DNA from: a virus
Taxonomy: Duplodnaviria > Heunggongvirae > Uroviricota > Caudoviricetes
Length of the DNA stretch: 64,000 bases
Direction: 5' to 3' (one strand)
Virus record (IMG/VR): IMGVR_UViG_3300044796_000394
In this document: positions 38,598 to 47,796 of the stretch, in pieces
Position numbering within the stretch: the stretch's first letter is position 1
Layout of the letters: each line of letters starts with the position of its first letter
Translations under genes and position numbers: made by a program
Notes under the pieces: model-generated
What the model saw: only the letters and a program-made list of their open reading frames with translations
What the model was told of the DNA's origin: nothing
Databases searched by the model: none

Positions 38598-39119
38598 ATG
38601 TCAAACCAGTTAAAAATGGACGAACTTATCAGCAACCTCACCAACGATCCAAATGCTCGTAAAGAGTGGTTGGAAGTGGCGAAACGACTGGAAGCTAAGT
38701 ATCCACAAGACAAGGCTGTTAAAGAAACCAAGTCGCCCGGCAAAGCCTTAAAAGTAGCTGCCCGCACATCGGATGCTGATTGTTGTCGTTTGCTTTATGA
38801 CGATGGATACTCTCTCTGCTTCACTTCGGAAGGGAATATGTTCATCGAGAATGCCACAGACCAAGCTTCGAAGAGTGCAAAGACAATTCAGGAAAACTAT
38901 CCATCAGTATTTCAGACATTCATGGAAAACCACCTTCTCGATCTTGAAGATATGATGTTCGTTGTAAATCATACGGGCTACATGTTCAGTCGTGAGGCAG
39001 TTAAGGGTTTTGACAGACATAAGGCAGTTGTTGCTAAATCGGTACAAAAAACCCAATACATTAACAAAGATAACAAACGGGCTTTCATGGCCGGTCTTGT
39101 TTGTGGGAGACTCGGATAA
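38598..39119 (+). CDS. Hypothetical protein
   Basis: 173-aa ORF with GAGGT SD. Confidence 0.6.
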   Translation: MSNQLKMDELISNLTNDPNARKEWLEVAKRLEAKYPQDKAVKETKSPGKALKVAARTSDADCCRLLYDDGYSLCFTSEGNMFIENATDQASKSAKTIQENYPSVFQTFMENHLLDLEDMMFVVNHTGYMFSREAVKGFDRHKAVVAKSVQKTQYINKDNKRAFMAGLVCGRLG

Positions 39120-39463
39120 TGAGCGGCCCCGGCGAATATGCATTGGACAAAAAAAAGAAAGTTAAGTATTTTGCTGTAGGGCATAGCCTTGTAGTAAAGA
39201 AAACAGCACTTGTTGCCAAACTTGTTGAAGTGAGTGAGGAAAAAGATTCTTATAAGCTTCAATATCCAGATGGACAATACAAGTGGCACAAGAGAACCGA
39301 ATGTGTATCTGACTCATTGGTGAGATGTACAGTTTGTAGAGGTATGATAAAAAGCCTCTATAAACGAAATCCAAAAGGGTGGCTTCAAACTTTCGTTGGC
39401 TTGCATGGCAACCCTACCTGTGTAGGAAGTTTTGCTCCAAGTGAAGGATGCCGATTGTTATGA
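39119..39463 (+). CDS. Hypothetical protein
   Basis: TAATG-coupled start MSGPGEY; CxxC. Confidence 0.5.
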   Translation: MSGPGEYALDKKKKVKYFAVGHSLVVKKTALVAKLVEVSEEKDSYKLQYPDGQYKWHKRTECVSDSLVRCTVCRGMIKSLYKRNPKGWLQTFVGLHGNPTCVGSFAPSEGCRLL

Positions 39464-39693
39464 AAGAAAGATCGATTCGTGAAATATTTGGAGTTGACTA
39501 CTTGTTAAATTCCAATAACTCTACTGGATTCGTTAACTCTTGTGGGCATTGTGGAAATTGGCACCCTAATGCTGCTTGCCCACGTATCAGAGCCATCGAA
39601 TATTATCCAGATGGTACTGTCAAAAAAGTAGTGTATCATACAGACAAGAAGAAGCCCGTTAAATCCAAAACCAAAAACCCATTTGAATTCTAA
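39448..39693 (+). CDS. Small Cys/His protein
   Basis: CGHCGNWH...CPRIRAIEYYPDGTVKKV. Confidence 0.55.
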   Translation: MPIVMKERSIREIFGVDYLLNSNNSTGFVNSCGHCGNWHPNAACPRIRAIEYYPDGTVKKVVYHTDKKKPVKSKTKNPFEF

Positions 39694-39870
39694 TGCTGAT
39701 ACTTGCTATTATTTTATATATTGCCGGTGCCTTAGTAACGATATTGTGTGATTATTGGGAAGATGTGCCAGATCGTGGCGCTCATCCCATTTGCTATTTG
39801 GGCGTTTTGATGATGTTTATTGCCATTGCTTTAATGATCGTAGACATTCAATAATCCATTTGAGTTAATT

Positions 39871-40266
39871 ATGAAATATCCCCACGCCCCATATAGACCA
39901 GTACCACCCGTAAAGACGAAAACAGTTAATCACGGCTCTGAAGTGATTTATACTGGCGATCTTTTTGCTCTTGATCAAATACCAAGCAGTGCTACCCATA
40001 TGAAATTTGACAGGGGCGATGACAGTTACGATGGTTGTCAAGAAGTTCGTTTTATTGAACAAGTTAATTTGAGCGAAGAAGAGATAGCCAAAGATACCGC
40101 TGCTTACGAAAAGAAATTAAAGAAGTACGAAAAAGATTTAGCTAAATTCAATTCGGATTTGAAATCTTATAACGAAAACGCCAAAAACAGAAAACTGGAA
40201 CAACAAAGAAAACAATATCTCAGACTCAAGAAGAAGTTTGAGAATATTGACGAAATAAAAAGTTAG
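39871..40266 (+). CDS. Hypothetical coiled-coil protein
   Basis: C-terminal EQQRKQYLRLKKKFE. Confidence 0.55.
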   Translation: MKYPHAPYRPVPPVKTKTVNHGSEVIYTGDLFALDQIPSSATHMKFDRGDDSYDGCQEVRFIEQVNLSEEEIAKDTAAYEKKLKKYEKDLAKFNSDLKSYNENAKNRKLEQQRKQYLRLKKKFENIDEIKS

Positions 40267-41279
40267 ATAACGCCGACTTTTTTCCAAGCCTTGTTGAATG
40301 CATTGGTTTCCGGACCGGGGCCGAACAATTTGCGACTGACCTTTAACGTCAGATCGGCAAAATCTTGGAAAGTTGTATTAGGATCTGAAAGCCTGCGAGT
40401 TAAGGTGTTATACCAGACTCTACCCGCTTTCTCCCAAGCATTGCCCCCAATATCCACGGCAGCAAGATAAAATGCGTGCGAAGGAATACCACAATTCATG
40501 TGAATTCCACCGTTATCATCAGTTGTATTGACGTAGTCCTTCATATCAGCAACACACGGATCTTTGCCCAATACTTTATCATCGTAAGCTGTACCGGGTG
40601 CTTTGAGACTTCGGATACCAACACCATTGACTTTTTTAGTGAATAAGCCTGCTCCAATAATCCATTCGGCTTGATCTGCTGTTTGTTTGTGCTTATACTG
40701 TAATGACAAGCTTCCGAATACGTCAGAAATGGCTTCATTCATAGCGCCGGGTTGATCGTGGTAACCTAACTGAAGAATCGAACCAGTAACGCCGTGAGTC
40801 ATTTCATGGCCGATAACTTCAAGACACTTGGTAAATCTTAAAAAGATTTTTCCATCACCGTCACCAAAAACCATGCGTTCGCCATTCCAGAAAGCATTGT
40901 TAAAGTTTTTGCCGAAGTGAACGGTGCTAAATAACTTCATCCCGTTTCCATCGAGTGAATTGCGGTTGTAAGCACCAAGATAAAAGTCGTAAACGTCGCC
41001 TGTGTGTTCGTATGCTTCATCTACTGATTTGTCGCCATCTGGTGCTTGGCCTTCTTTGCGACTAACTTGACCAATGAGGTTTTGTGTGTGATCAGCACTT
41101 TGAATAACTCGGAATTTGCCACTGTCTCTTTTACCGAGATTGTAACGACCGAGAATTTCCCGGTGTCCACGAATTCTTTCACTGGAAGTCAAAGTGGCTA
41201 ATGCCCAATGTTTTTGATCGTTTTCACCGTGGTTAACGATGTGTTTCAAGATATGAGGCGGCAAGATATAATTAAGCAT
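40263..41279 (-). CDS. M4 metallopeptidase, protealysin-like
   Basis: ILPPHIL propeptide motif, NNAFWNG, FGDGD, HEMTH, NEAISD, DNGGIHMNCGIP. Confidence 0.93.
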   Translation of the reverse strand: MLNYILPPHILKHIVNHGENDQKHWALATLTSSERIRGHREILGRYNLGKRDSGKFRVIQSADHTQNLIGQVSRKEGQAPDGDKSVDEAYEHTGDVYDFYLGAYNRNSLDGNGMKLFSTVHFGKNFNNAFWNGERMVFGDGDGKIFLRFTKCLEVIGHEMTHGVTGSILQLGYHDQPGAMNEAISDVFGSLSLQYKHKQTADQAEWIIGAGLFTKKVNGVGIRSLKAPGTAYDDKVLGKDPCVADMKDYVNTTDDNGGIHMNCGIPSHAFYLAAVDIGGNAWEKAGRVWYNTLTRRLSDPNTTFQDFADLTLKVSRKLFGPGPETNAFNKAWKKVGVI

Positions 41280-41320
41280 AACGATATTTAGAAGAACATT
41301 TTCATTTTAAGGAATTTGAG

Positions 41321-42034
41321 ATGGCAAAAATTAAAGTCATTCAAGGTAATCAGCCATTCATGCTCATCGCTCCACACGGCGCTGGGCCTACCGACTTGTG
41401 GTCTGCCGAACAAACAGAACACATGGCCAAAGTTCTCGATTGCTCTGCCGTCATTAACGTCGGCTGGAAACGACCTTGGACTGGAAACATTGAAGGTACG
41501 AATGATCGTTGGCCTCATGAAAAACTTGACATTGCCAACGGTATCGCCAATCTTAACGATACCACTCATTGTCGCATGAAACCTCTCAACGATGAGTTCC
41601 TACGGCCCATCAATCGTCTCAAGAGCGATATTGTTCTGGATTACGGTAAATGTGCCATTTACATTATTCATGGCATGGATGACATTGTACGCAATTATAA
41701 GGGTGTCGATCTAGTAGTCGGGGATGGTCTTGGCGAACCCGACAGATCATCCTGTACACGAACATTTAGTGATAAGTTCATCAGTTCCTTGAATGGACAC
41801 TTTACGCCCGCTAGAGGAAAACCGGGTGGTCGTTTCAGTGGTTGGAAGCAAACCAACCTTAATCAACTTTTCCAGAACGACGCCCAAATCATGAGCGTTC
41901 AAATTGAAATGGGGTTAAGTATCCGTGAAAATCTTAAAGATGCTTTGAAGATGGGTGAACGTCTGGCCGATGGTATTCTTACCAATCACTTCGGCAAAAA
42001 TGTTAAGATCATGGGTTCTATCCCTGAAAGATAA
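41321..42034 (+). CDS. N-formylglutamate amidohydrolase-like Zn-peptidase-fold protein
   Basis: LIAPHG, IIHGM, DLVVG.G, SVQIEM. Confidence 0.6.
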   Translation: MAKIKVIQGNQPFMLIAPHGAGPTDLWSAEQTEHMAKVLDCSAVINVGWKRPWTGNIEGTNDRWPHEKLDIANGIANLNDTTHCRMKPLNDEFLRPINRLKSDIVLDYGKCAIYIIHGMDDIVRNYKGVDLVVGDGLGEPDRSSCTRTFSDKFISSLNGHFTPARGKPGGRFSGWKQTNLNQLFQNDAQIMSVQIEMGLSIRENLKDALKMGERLADGILTNHFGKNVKIMGSIPER

Positions 42035-42626
42035 GTTCTGAATACGCACGCCAATTGGTCGTGTATCCAAACCTGTCCATGATTTCATGATTAGATTCAA
42101 TGACTTTTTTGAGAAGCGGTTTAGTGTACCAGCGATCCAACGCAACACCTTCGTTTTTGCGTTGGGTACTACGAGCGAACTTAGGATCAAAAGTTTCACC
42201 GGAAGTTGTTAATGCAGCAATCAAGTCTGTTGACAAGTTTTCTGTACGTCCGATGAAGTCGCATCCGTCGCAATAGGTTTCATAGATTTTAGTTAAGTTT
42301 GTGCGGTCTAATACATTGGCAACCCAAAATTGAAAATCATTGAGTTCTGTATCGTCGGCTAATTCAAATCCCGGTTGGTTTTTGAGTTTTACAGGATGAT
42401 TGTCTCTGGCAAACTTACCAGACCAGCGACTTTGATACCACGTCACAGGATTACGAACAAAAGTAAAATATTTCCTATTGCCGATGAAATGCTTGAATTT
42501 TTTGGGTGGATAGTGGATTGCGGCGATGTTTTGTACTAGGTTCATTCTCCGAAGCACGGCAGATACCCACGTTCCGCCGGTCTTTGGAATGTGAACGAAT
42601 ACTGATTTTGGCAAGATGATAGGCAC
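42018..42626 (-). CDS. Sulfotransferase family protein
   Basis: FVHIPKTGGT, FVRNPVTWYQS, DFIGRTENL. Confidence 0.85.
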   Translation of the reverse strand: MPIILPKSVFVHIPKTGGTWVSAVLRRMNLVQNIAAIHYPPKKFKHFIGNRKYFTFVRNPVTWYQSRWSGKFARDNHPVKLKNQPGFELADDTELNDFQFWVANVLDRTNLTKIYETYCDGCDFIGRTENLSTDLIAALTTSGETFDPKFARSTQRKNEGVALDRWYTKPLLKKVIESNHEIMDRFGYTTNWRAYSELIFQG

Positions 42627-42644
42627 TCAATATAGAGAGTTATC

Positions 42645-42914
42645 GTGAAATTTAACGAATTGAAGGTTGGTTCAAAAATTCGCATTGTAAGTTTGCCGGG
42701 AATTGGCATTCTTAATTATTGCATGCATTGGGAAACGGTAGAAGCATACGAAAAATTAATAGCCCGCAAAAGAGCAGTTAGAATTTCCGAAATTACAGTA
42801 GATGGATTGCCGTGGTTTGAATTCAAATTGAAACATGCGGGTAAAATGGAACATCATCGCATGTGTGTAGCCCCCGATGATATGAATTGGGTTCCTGTTA
42901 AATCAAGAAAGTAA
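42645..42914 (+). CDS. Hypothetical protein
   Basis: LKVGSKIRI SH3-like start. Confidence 0.5.
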   Translation: MKFNELKVGSKIRIVSLPGIGILNYCMHWETVEAYEKLIARKRAVRISEITVDGLPWFEFKLKHAGKMEHHRMCVAPDDMNWVPVKSRK

Positions 42915-42916
42915 TC

Positions 42917-43177
42917 ATGCCATTTCTAGGACTTGCTTGTACGAAACCCGGACATACTGACAAAGAAATTACAAAATTGTTAGTGACAAAGCATCAACAT
43001 GATGTTATACTACTTCCTCTCAAAGTTGGCTATTTTCACGTAGAAAATGTCCCCGATGATTTACTGGAACCTTTGAAAGAAATTGCCAGAGTGTATCGTG
43101 GCGAATTAGTGAAACCGGGCAGCCCAGAGATGGAAAGACTTAAAGAAGTACATTATCCCCACTTAAACGGATATTAA
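42917..43177 (+). CDS. Hypothetical protein
   Basis: 86-aa ORF; TKPGHT resembles next gene TPKTGHT. Confidence 0.5.
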   Translation: MPFLGLACTKPGHTDKEITKLLVTKHQHDVILLPLKVGYFHVENVPDDLLEPLKEIARVYRGELVKPGSPEMERLKEVHYPHLNGY

Positions 43178-43178
43178 C

Positions 43179-43400
43179 ATGTCTCTCGTTTTTATTACAC
43201 CGAAAACCGGACATACAATGCAAAAGGTGTTTAATTACCTACTTTCCAAAGATATTGACATCACTACGGTGAATGTCATCACAATGAAGGCCAAAGTACC
43301 CAAAAAGTACTTTGAACAGTTAGAGAAAATGGCTACGGTTATCACACAGGAACATTATGAACAAACTCTACCCAACGCTCAGCAAGTACATTCTGGCTGA
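43179..43400 (+). CDS. Hypothetical protein
   Basis: 73-aa ORF. Confidence 0.5.
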   Translation: MSLVFITPKTGHTMQKVFNYLLSKDIDITTVNVITMKAKVPKKYFEQLEKMATVITQEHYEQTLPNAQQVHSG

Positions 43401-44574
43401 CAAAAATGCCATCACCGTAGACCTTGACAGAAGTCATGGATCATGGTTAGTGGATGATGAGGGACGAGAACGGCTCGATCTCTTCTCTCAATATGCAAGT
43501 CAACCCTTGGGTTGGAACGATCCAGATGTACTGGCTCAAAAAGACCGGCTCATCCGTATCGTTCAACACAACGTTGCTAACCCTGATTTTTACACTCCTG
43601 AATATGCTCAATTCGTAGAGACATTCGCATCATTCGGCAGTGATTTCAAACACTTCTTCTTCATTGCCGGTGGTACATTGGGTGTAGAGAATGCCTTGAA
43701 AGCAGCATTTGATTACAAGGCAAAAAAGAATGGTTGGTCGGGTGAAAAAGTTAACAGTTTGGATGTAATTCATTTCCGCAATGCATTCCACGGACGAAGC
43801 GGTTATACATTATCACTAACCAATACCACTCCGGACAAGACCGACAATTTCCCCAAGTTCGATTGGACTCGGATGGATATTCCGAATGATGAAATTGGAG
43901 AAGAAAGCGTACTGGACGAGATTTGTGGCAGACTTAACCACAACAAGGAAGTGGCAGCAATTCTGATTGAACCTATTCAGGGTGAAGGTGGTGATAATCA
44001 CTTTACGCCGTCGTTTATGTTTGAATTGAAGAAATTGGCAGACGAATATGATGTCATGTTGATTTTGGATGAAGTTCAGACGGGAATGGGATTAACTGGT
44101 AAGACTTGGGCGTACGAGCATTATGGCATCGTACCTGACTTGATTTCCTTTGGCAAAAAGGTTCAAGTGTGTGGTTGTGCGTCCACTGGCAAGATTGATG
44201 CTGTACCAGACAACGTATTCAAGGTCAAGTCCCGCATTAACAGTACGTGGGGCGGGAATTTGGTGGATATGGTACGATCAACGATTAGCATGGAAGTGAT
44301 TCGTGAAAGAAAGTTGATAGAAAATGCAGCCAAGGTAGGCAAATACTTCCAAATCAAACTTGCAAAGTTGGGATTGGAAAACCTACGTGGTAAAGGGTTG
44401 ATGATTGCTTTTGATCTTCCCAACAGCGATAGCAGGAACAAATTCCTAGATCGTTTGCATGAAAAAGCGATTGCGATCAAATGTGGCAAAAAGAGTGTCA
44501 GATTACGACCGCACTTAACTTTTGGAACAGAGGAGGCCGATTTGGCCGTCGATATGATCCGTGAATCTTTATAA
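43357..44574 (+). CDS. lat: L-lysine 6-transaminase (class III PLP aminotransferase)
   Basis: GGTLGVENALKAAFD, FHGRSGYTLSLTNT, EPIQGEGGDNHF, DEVQTG, FGKKVQVCG, SRINSTWGGNLVDM. Confidence 0.9.
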   Translation: MNKLYPTLSKYILADKNAITVDLDRSHGSWLVDDEGRERLDLFSQYASQPLGWNDPDVLAQKDRLIRIVQHNVANPDFYTPEYAQFVETFASFGSDFKHFFFIAGGTLGVENALKAAFDYKAKKNGWSGEKVNSLDVIHFRNAFHGRSGYTLSLTNTTPDKTDNFPKFDWTRMDIPNDEIGEESVLDEICGRLNHNKEVAAILIEPIQGEGGDNHFTPSFMFELKKLADEYDVMLILDEVQTGMGLTGKTWAYEHYGIVPDLISFGKKVQVCGCASTGKIDAVPDNVFKVKSRINSTWGGNLVDMVRSTISMEVIRERKLIENAAKVGKYFQIKLAKLGLENLRGKGLMIAFDLPNSDSRNKFLDRLHEKAIAIKCGKKSVRLRPHLTFGTEEADLAVDMIRESL

Positions 44575-44576
44575 CT

Positions 44577-45191
44577 ATGAGAACCATGAAAAACAAAAAA
44601 ATAATTGAACTAGCTCCAACGGCACTCAACTACGGCTTCTACGGCTACAAAATACGAAAAGAAGATTTTGGTATTGGGTATCTTTCCGTACCGGGTGAAT
44701 TCGCCAACACAAACAGTAATTGGGGTGAAATATCATCAAAAACCCTTTTCCAGTGGCACAGTTGTCGTGAAACTTTTCATCGGGTGTGTACCAGACAAAA
44801 GGTAAAGAAATTTCTCTTTAGAACACCTGTACCTAATAAGGTCATTGCCTTTATGGAAGGGATTCAAGACAAACTCAAACTCGAAGGTTCTGATAGACTA
44901 AAAATTCTGAGAACAAATTTTAAGAATATCGTTTGTGTTTTTATGAGTCGTTGGTGGCGTGTCCAAATCCGTCGCAGCTTATTAACCGTCTTATTAAGAG
45001 CAAGCCGTTCTTCAAGAGTCAATTCTTGGGAAGCTATTGGTCCAAAGAACAAGTACCTTGGCAATCAAATTGCTTTTAGAAGATTCATGAATGGTCACAC
45101 TAAGTATAATGGTCAATTGCTCGGCGGTTGGCGAAGTGCACTTGGTTATCGTACTGAAAAAGAAATCAAGAAAAAGCTCCTCAAAGGCTAA
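44577..45191 (+). CDS. Hypothetical basic protein
   Basis: 204-aa ORF. Confidence 0.55.
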   Translation: MRTMKNKKIIELAPTALNYGFYGYKIRKEDFGIGYLSVPGEFANTNSNWGEISSKTLFQWHSCRETFHRVCTRQKVKKFLFRTPVPNKVIAFMEGIQDKLKLEGSDRLKILRTNFKNIVCVFMSRWWRVQIRRSLLTVLLRASRSSRVNSWEAIGPKNKYLGNQIAFRRFMNGHTKYNGQLLGGWRSALGYRTEKEIKKKLLKG

Positions 45192-45193
45192 GA

Positions 45194-45472
45194 ATGCTGT
45201 GTGTAATCAACCCTGAAAAAATTGAGAATTTAACTTTTACGGCTTCCGAAAAGGAGTGGCGGGTTTTCCTATCAAAATCTTGTGTGGCAAGTTCCGCCTC
45301 TGCTTTTCTGGAAGTGCTTTGTATCGGTGTCAGTCACGAATATACTGTTTACAAAGTGAAGCAAAGAGGTTATATTCATGAGTATATTCCCAACTTTTAC
45401 TTGGGACAGGTTAAATTTACTCAGCTTGAGCGTAGTGATGTAATATCAACAATCAATTTCAGACAACAGTAA
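45194..45472 (+). CDS. Hypothetical protein
   Basis: 92-aa ORF. Confidence 0.45.
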   Translation: MLCVINPEKIENLTFTASEKEWRVFLSKSCVASSASAFLEVLCIGVSHEYTVYKVKQRGYIHEYIPNFYLGQVKFTQLERSDVISTINFRQQ

Positions 45473-45483
45473 GAGGATCGACA

Positions 45484-45675
45484 ATGTGCGATCAAACTTG
45501 GTGGAATGAAGTCAAAAGGTTAATGGTCGAGAACTTCTATCGTAGTCCCGAAGACGCCGATAAGATCATAGAAAAACGAAAACTAACTGCAATTGTGGAC
45601 TTTAACGATTCCGCATTGTATGAAGCGGAATCTCTTTCTTGGAATATTAATGACAAACCTAGCATTCGGCGCTGA
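45484..45675 (+). CDS. Hypothetical protein
   Basis: 63-aa ORF with GAGG SD. Confidence 0.5.
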   Translation: MCDQTWWNEVKRLMVENFYRSPEDADKIIEKRKLTAIVDFNDSALYEAESLSWNINDKPSIRR

Positions 45676-45931
45676 AACTGTAACCCTTGTCGTCAATCGT
45701 GATGAGGTTTTATACAAAGGCACTAAAAATGCGTGGCTTTATGTTTTCGCCCACTGTCCAATTATAGATGGATGGAAAAAGGGTGAAAGAATTTGTCATG
45801 AATTGTATTTTTCCAGTAAGGAAAAATTTGAAGAACTTTGGGGGCGTCCCATTGACGACAGAGAAGCTTTGATTAAAGTTTGGGTGCCCGAAGATTTTGA
45901 TGATTGGGATTACATTCCAAACGATTATTAA
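45650..45931 (+). CDS. Hypothetical protein
   Basis: Likely start MTNLAFG. Confidence 0.5.
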   Translation: MTNLAFGAETVTLVVNRDEVLYKGTKNAWLYVFAHCPIIDGWKKGERICHELYFSSKEKFEELWGRPIDDREALIKVWVPEDFDDWDYIPNDY

Positions 45932-45943
45932 CGGAGCAAAAGC

Positions 45944-46141
45944 ATGCAAGTCAACTTCCCAGAGTTTGTTGAAATCATGCGGGTGGCTGAAAAGGAAAAT
46001 GAAATCTCACGTGAAGAATCTTTACTGATTCGTAATCAAGTGAGTACGCTAATGCGGCCAAAGTGTCCACCTAAGCTGGCACTTGCATTAGCCCTCGGTG
46101 TTAACGCAAAACTCAAACGTTCGGTTGTTCAAATTAAGTGA
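45944..46141 (+). CDS. Hypothetical protein
   Basis: 65-aa ORF with GGAG SD. Confidence 0.45.
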   Translation: MQVNFPEFVEIMRVAEKENEISREESLLIRNQVSTLMRPKCPPKLALALALGVNAKLKRSVVQIK

Positions 46142-46148
46142 GTTAACT

Positions 46149-46469
46149 ATGAGAAGTATGGATGCTTGTGAGTTGGAGCGACTTATCAAAGAGACCTACA
46201 ACGCAAACGAGGAACAATGTGATATTGTCTCTGGCATAATGATGGATCAAAAAATCATTGAGGCCGATGCATATTCACAAGACCCAGACAAGGATGCTGA
46301 TTCAAAGGAAGTAATTAAGAAGTTTATAGCAGGCGAGTTGGAGCTAAGCGAGCATTATCCTGACAACGCCCAAACGATGGGGCCGCAGGTGCTTGAATAC
46401 ATCATCAACGACCTTTGCTTCAAGAAAAAAATCAAAAAGGGTGAATTCCTCATTCGTTTTGATGATTAA
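46149..46469 (+). CDS. Hypothetical protein
   Basis: Likely start MRSMDAC within ORF 46098-46469. Confidence 0.45.
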   Translation: MRSMDACELERLIKETYNANEEQCDIVSGIMMDQKIIEADAYSQDPDKDADSKEVIKKFIAGELELSEHYPDNAQTMGPQVLEYIINDLCFKKKIKKGEFLIRFDD

Positions 46470-46483
46470 CAAAAAGAATTACC

Positions 46484-46762
46484 ATGAATCCAGAAAAGCA
46501 AGCCATTTTTGATCTAGTGACTTTGGGATACAATGTAGACTGTATCAATCTCAATGTAGGCTTCTTAACTATCAGACCGCTTGTCAATGGGCAGTATCTT
46601 GTATCTCATGATTTGGGTGCCCCACTCGACTTTGATGACCCTATGATGAGTTACGAATCTCTAGATGATACACCGCTTGATTTGAATACGAATTGGAACA
46701 AGACCTTTAATGATTTGAGTGAAGCGGTAGATTTGTTTGTAAGTTTGAGAGATTTCGGGTAA
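46484..46762 (+). CDS. Hypothetical protein
   Basis: 92-aa ORF. Confidence 0.5.
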   Translation: MNPEKQAIFDLVTLGYNVDCINLNVGFLTIRPLVNGQYLVSHDLGAPLDFDDPMMSYESLDDTPLDLNTNWNKTFNDLSEAVDLFVSLRDFG

Positions 46763-46768
46763 GATTGA

Positions 46769-46842
46769 GGCCAAGTGGTGGAACGGTTATACACGTTAGT
46801 TTTAGGAACTAATTTTTGAGGGTTCGAATCCCTCCTTGGTCA
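46769..46842 (+). tRNA. tRNA-Leu(UAG) with short (5-nt) variable loop; CCA not encoded
   Basis: Acceptor GGCCAAG/CTTGGTC, D-arm GTGGAACGGTTATACAC, anticodon arm TTAGT-TTTAGGA-ACTAA, variable TTTTT, T-arm GAGGG-TTCGAAT-CCCTC, discriminator A then CTA. Confidence 0.93.
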
Positions 46843-46859
46843 CTAAACAGGAGAATTTC

Positions 46860-47390
46860 ATGTCAAGAACTGTGAATACTGGTAATGGCAAACCCGTTGG
46901 ACTTTATTTTTTGATCTGCTGTGCAGTCGCAGCATTTGTAATTTTTGGGCTTGTGTATGTCATGACTCCAAAGGCCGTACCTACACCAACCACATTAACC
47001 AAGTCGGCAGTAGGATCAAGTTTTGCTGTCATGGAACAAGACGACAGAATTCAATTTGTTAACTGGGATAAGGTACTGGTTCTTGCAAAAGGCAATGGAC
47101 ACGTAACAATGGCTGTTCGTGATATTGAAGAAGCACCGCCCGGCGAATGTGCAGTGGTTTATTTGGTAGATGGCAATAAAGAGTATGTCGTAGGGCCAGC
47201 GTGCTTCTACCCCGTTGGCATCAAGAAATCCAGTTTTGGATTTCAGATCGATCACGTTCTCGCCAACATTAATTCGTTATCATCGGATACCTTTATCCGT
47301 GTCAGAGACACCAAAGGTAATCTATTAAACTTTGGTGTAGTAGAAGTCAAAGTGACGAGCAAACAACCTGTGATGGGTGAACGCCAATGA
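46860..47390 (+). CDS. Membrane-anchored hypothetical protein
   Basis: AGGAG SD; TM helix LYFLICCAVAAFVIFGLVYV. Confidence 0.6.
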   Translation: MSRTVNTGNGKPVGLYFLICCAVAAFVIFGLVYVMTPKAVPTPTTLTKSAVGSSFAVMEQDDRIQFVNWDKVLVLAKGNGHVTMAVRDIEEAPPGECAVVYLVDGNKEYVVGPACFYPVGIKKSSFGFQIDHVLANINSLSSDTFIRVRDTKGNLLNFGVVEVKVTSKQPVMGERQ

Positions 47391-47668
47391 AACGACCAAC
47401 AAAATTTTTGTACCAATCCATCAACGTATTGCCAAGGCGATTTTGGTTAAGTGAAAAAAGGCACAAGTATCAATTTGATTGTCCTTTATTGGACGAAAAT
47501 CAAAAGACTTGGCCTGAACATGAGGATTATAGTCCCTTCTATACGGTTTCCGTTTGGGGGGTCGATAGTCGCTTCCACGAAATCGGAGCAGTACCTGTAG
47601 ATGCCGTTGATTTTGATGTGGATAAATTCTTGGTTGATGCCAGCATCCTTGACATTATTGGTGAATAA
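47387..47668 (+). CDS. Hypothetical protein
   Basis: 93-aa ORF, ATGA-coupled. Confidence 0.5.
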   Translation: MKRPTKFLYQSINVLPRRFWLSEKRHKYQFDCPLLDENQKTWPEHEDYSPFYTVSVWGVDSRFHEIGAVPVDAVDFDVDKFLVDASILDIIGE

Positions 47669-47744
47669 TGACCCAGAATAAATTCGGATGGATTTTATTT
47701 TTCTTGTTTTTGTTGTGGGTATTAGTTTGTAGCGTCATATAAGA

Positions 47745-47772
47745 TTGATTCTACATTTTTATTTGGTAAAAT
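47745..47772 (+). promoter_or_regulatory. Possible sigma70 promoter
   Basis: TTGATT-16 nt-TAAAAT with TGn. Confidence 0.5.
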
Positions 47773-47796
47773 AAGACCATCACAAGGAAGCAGTGA

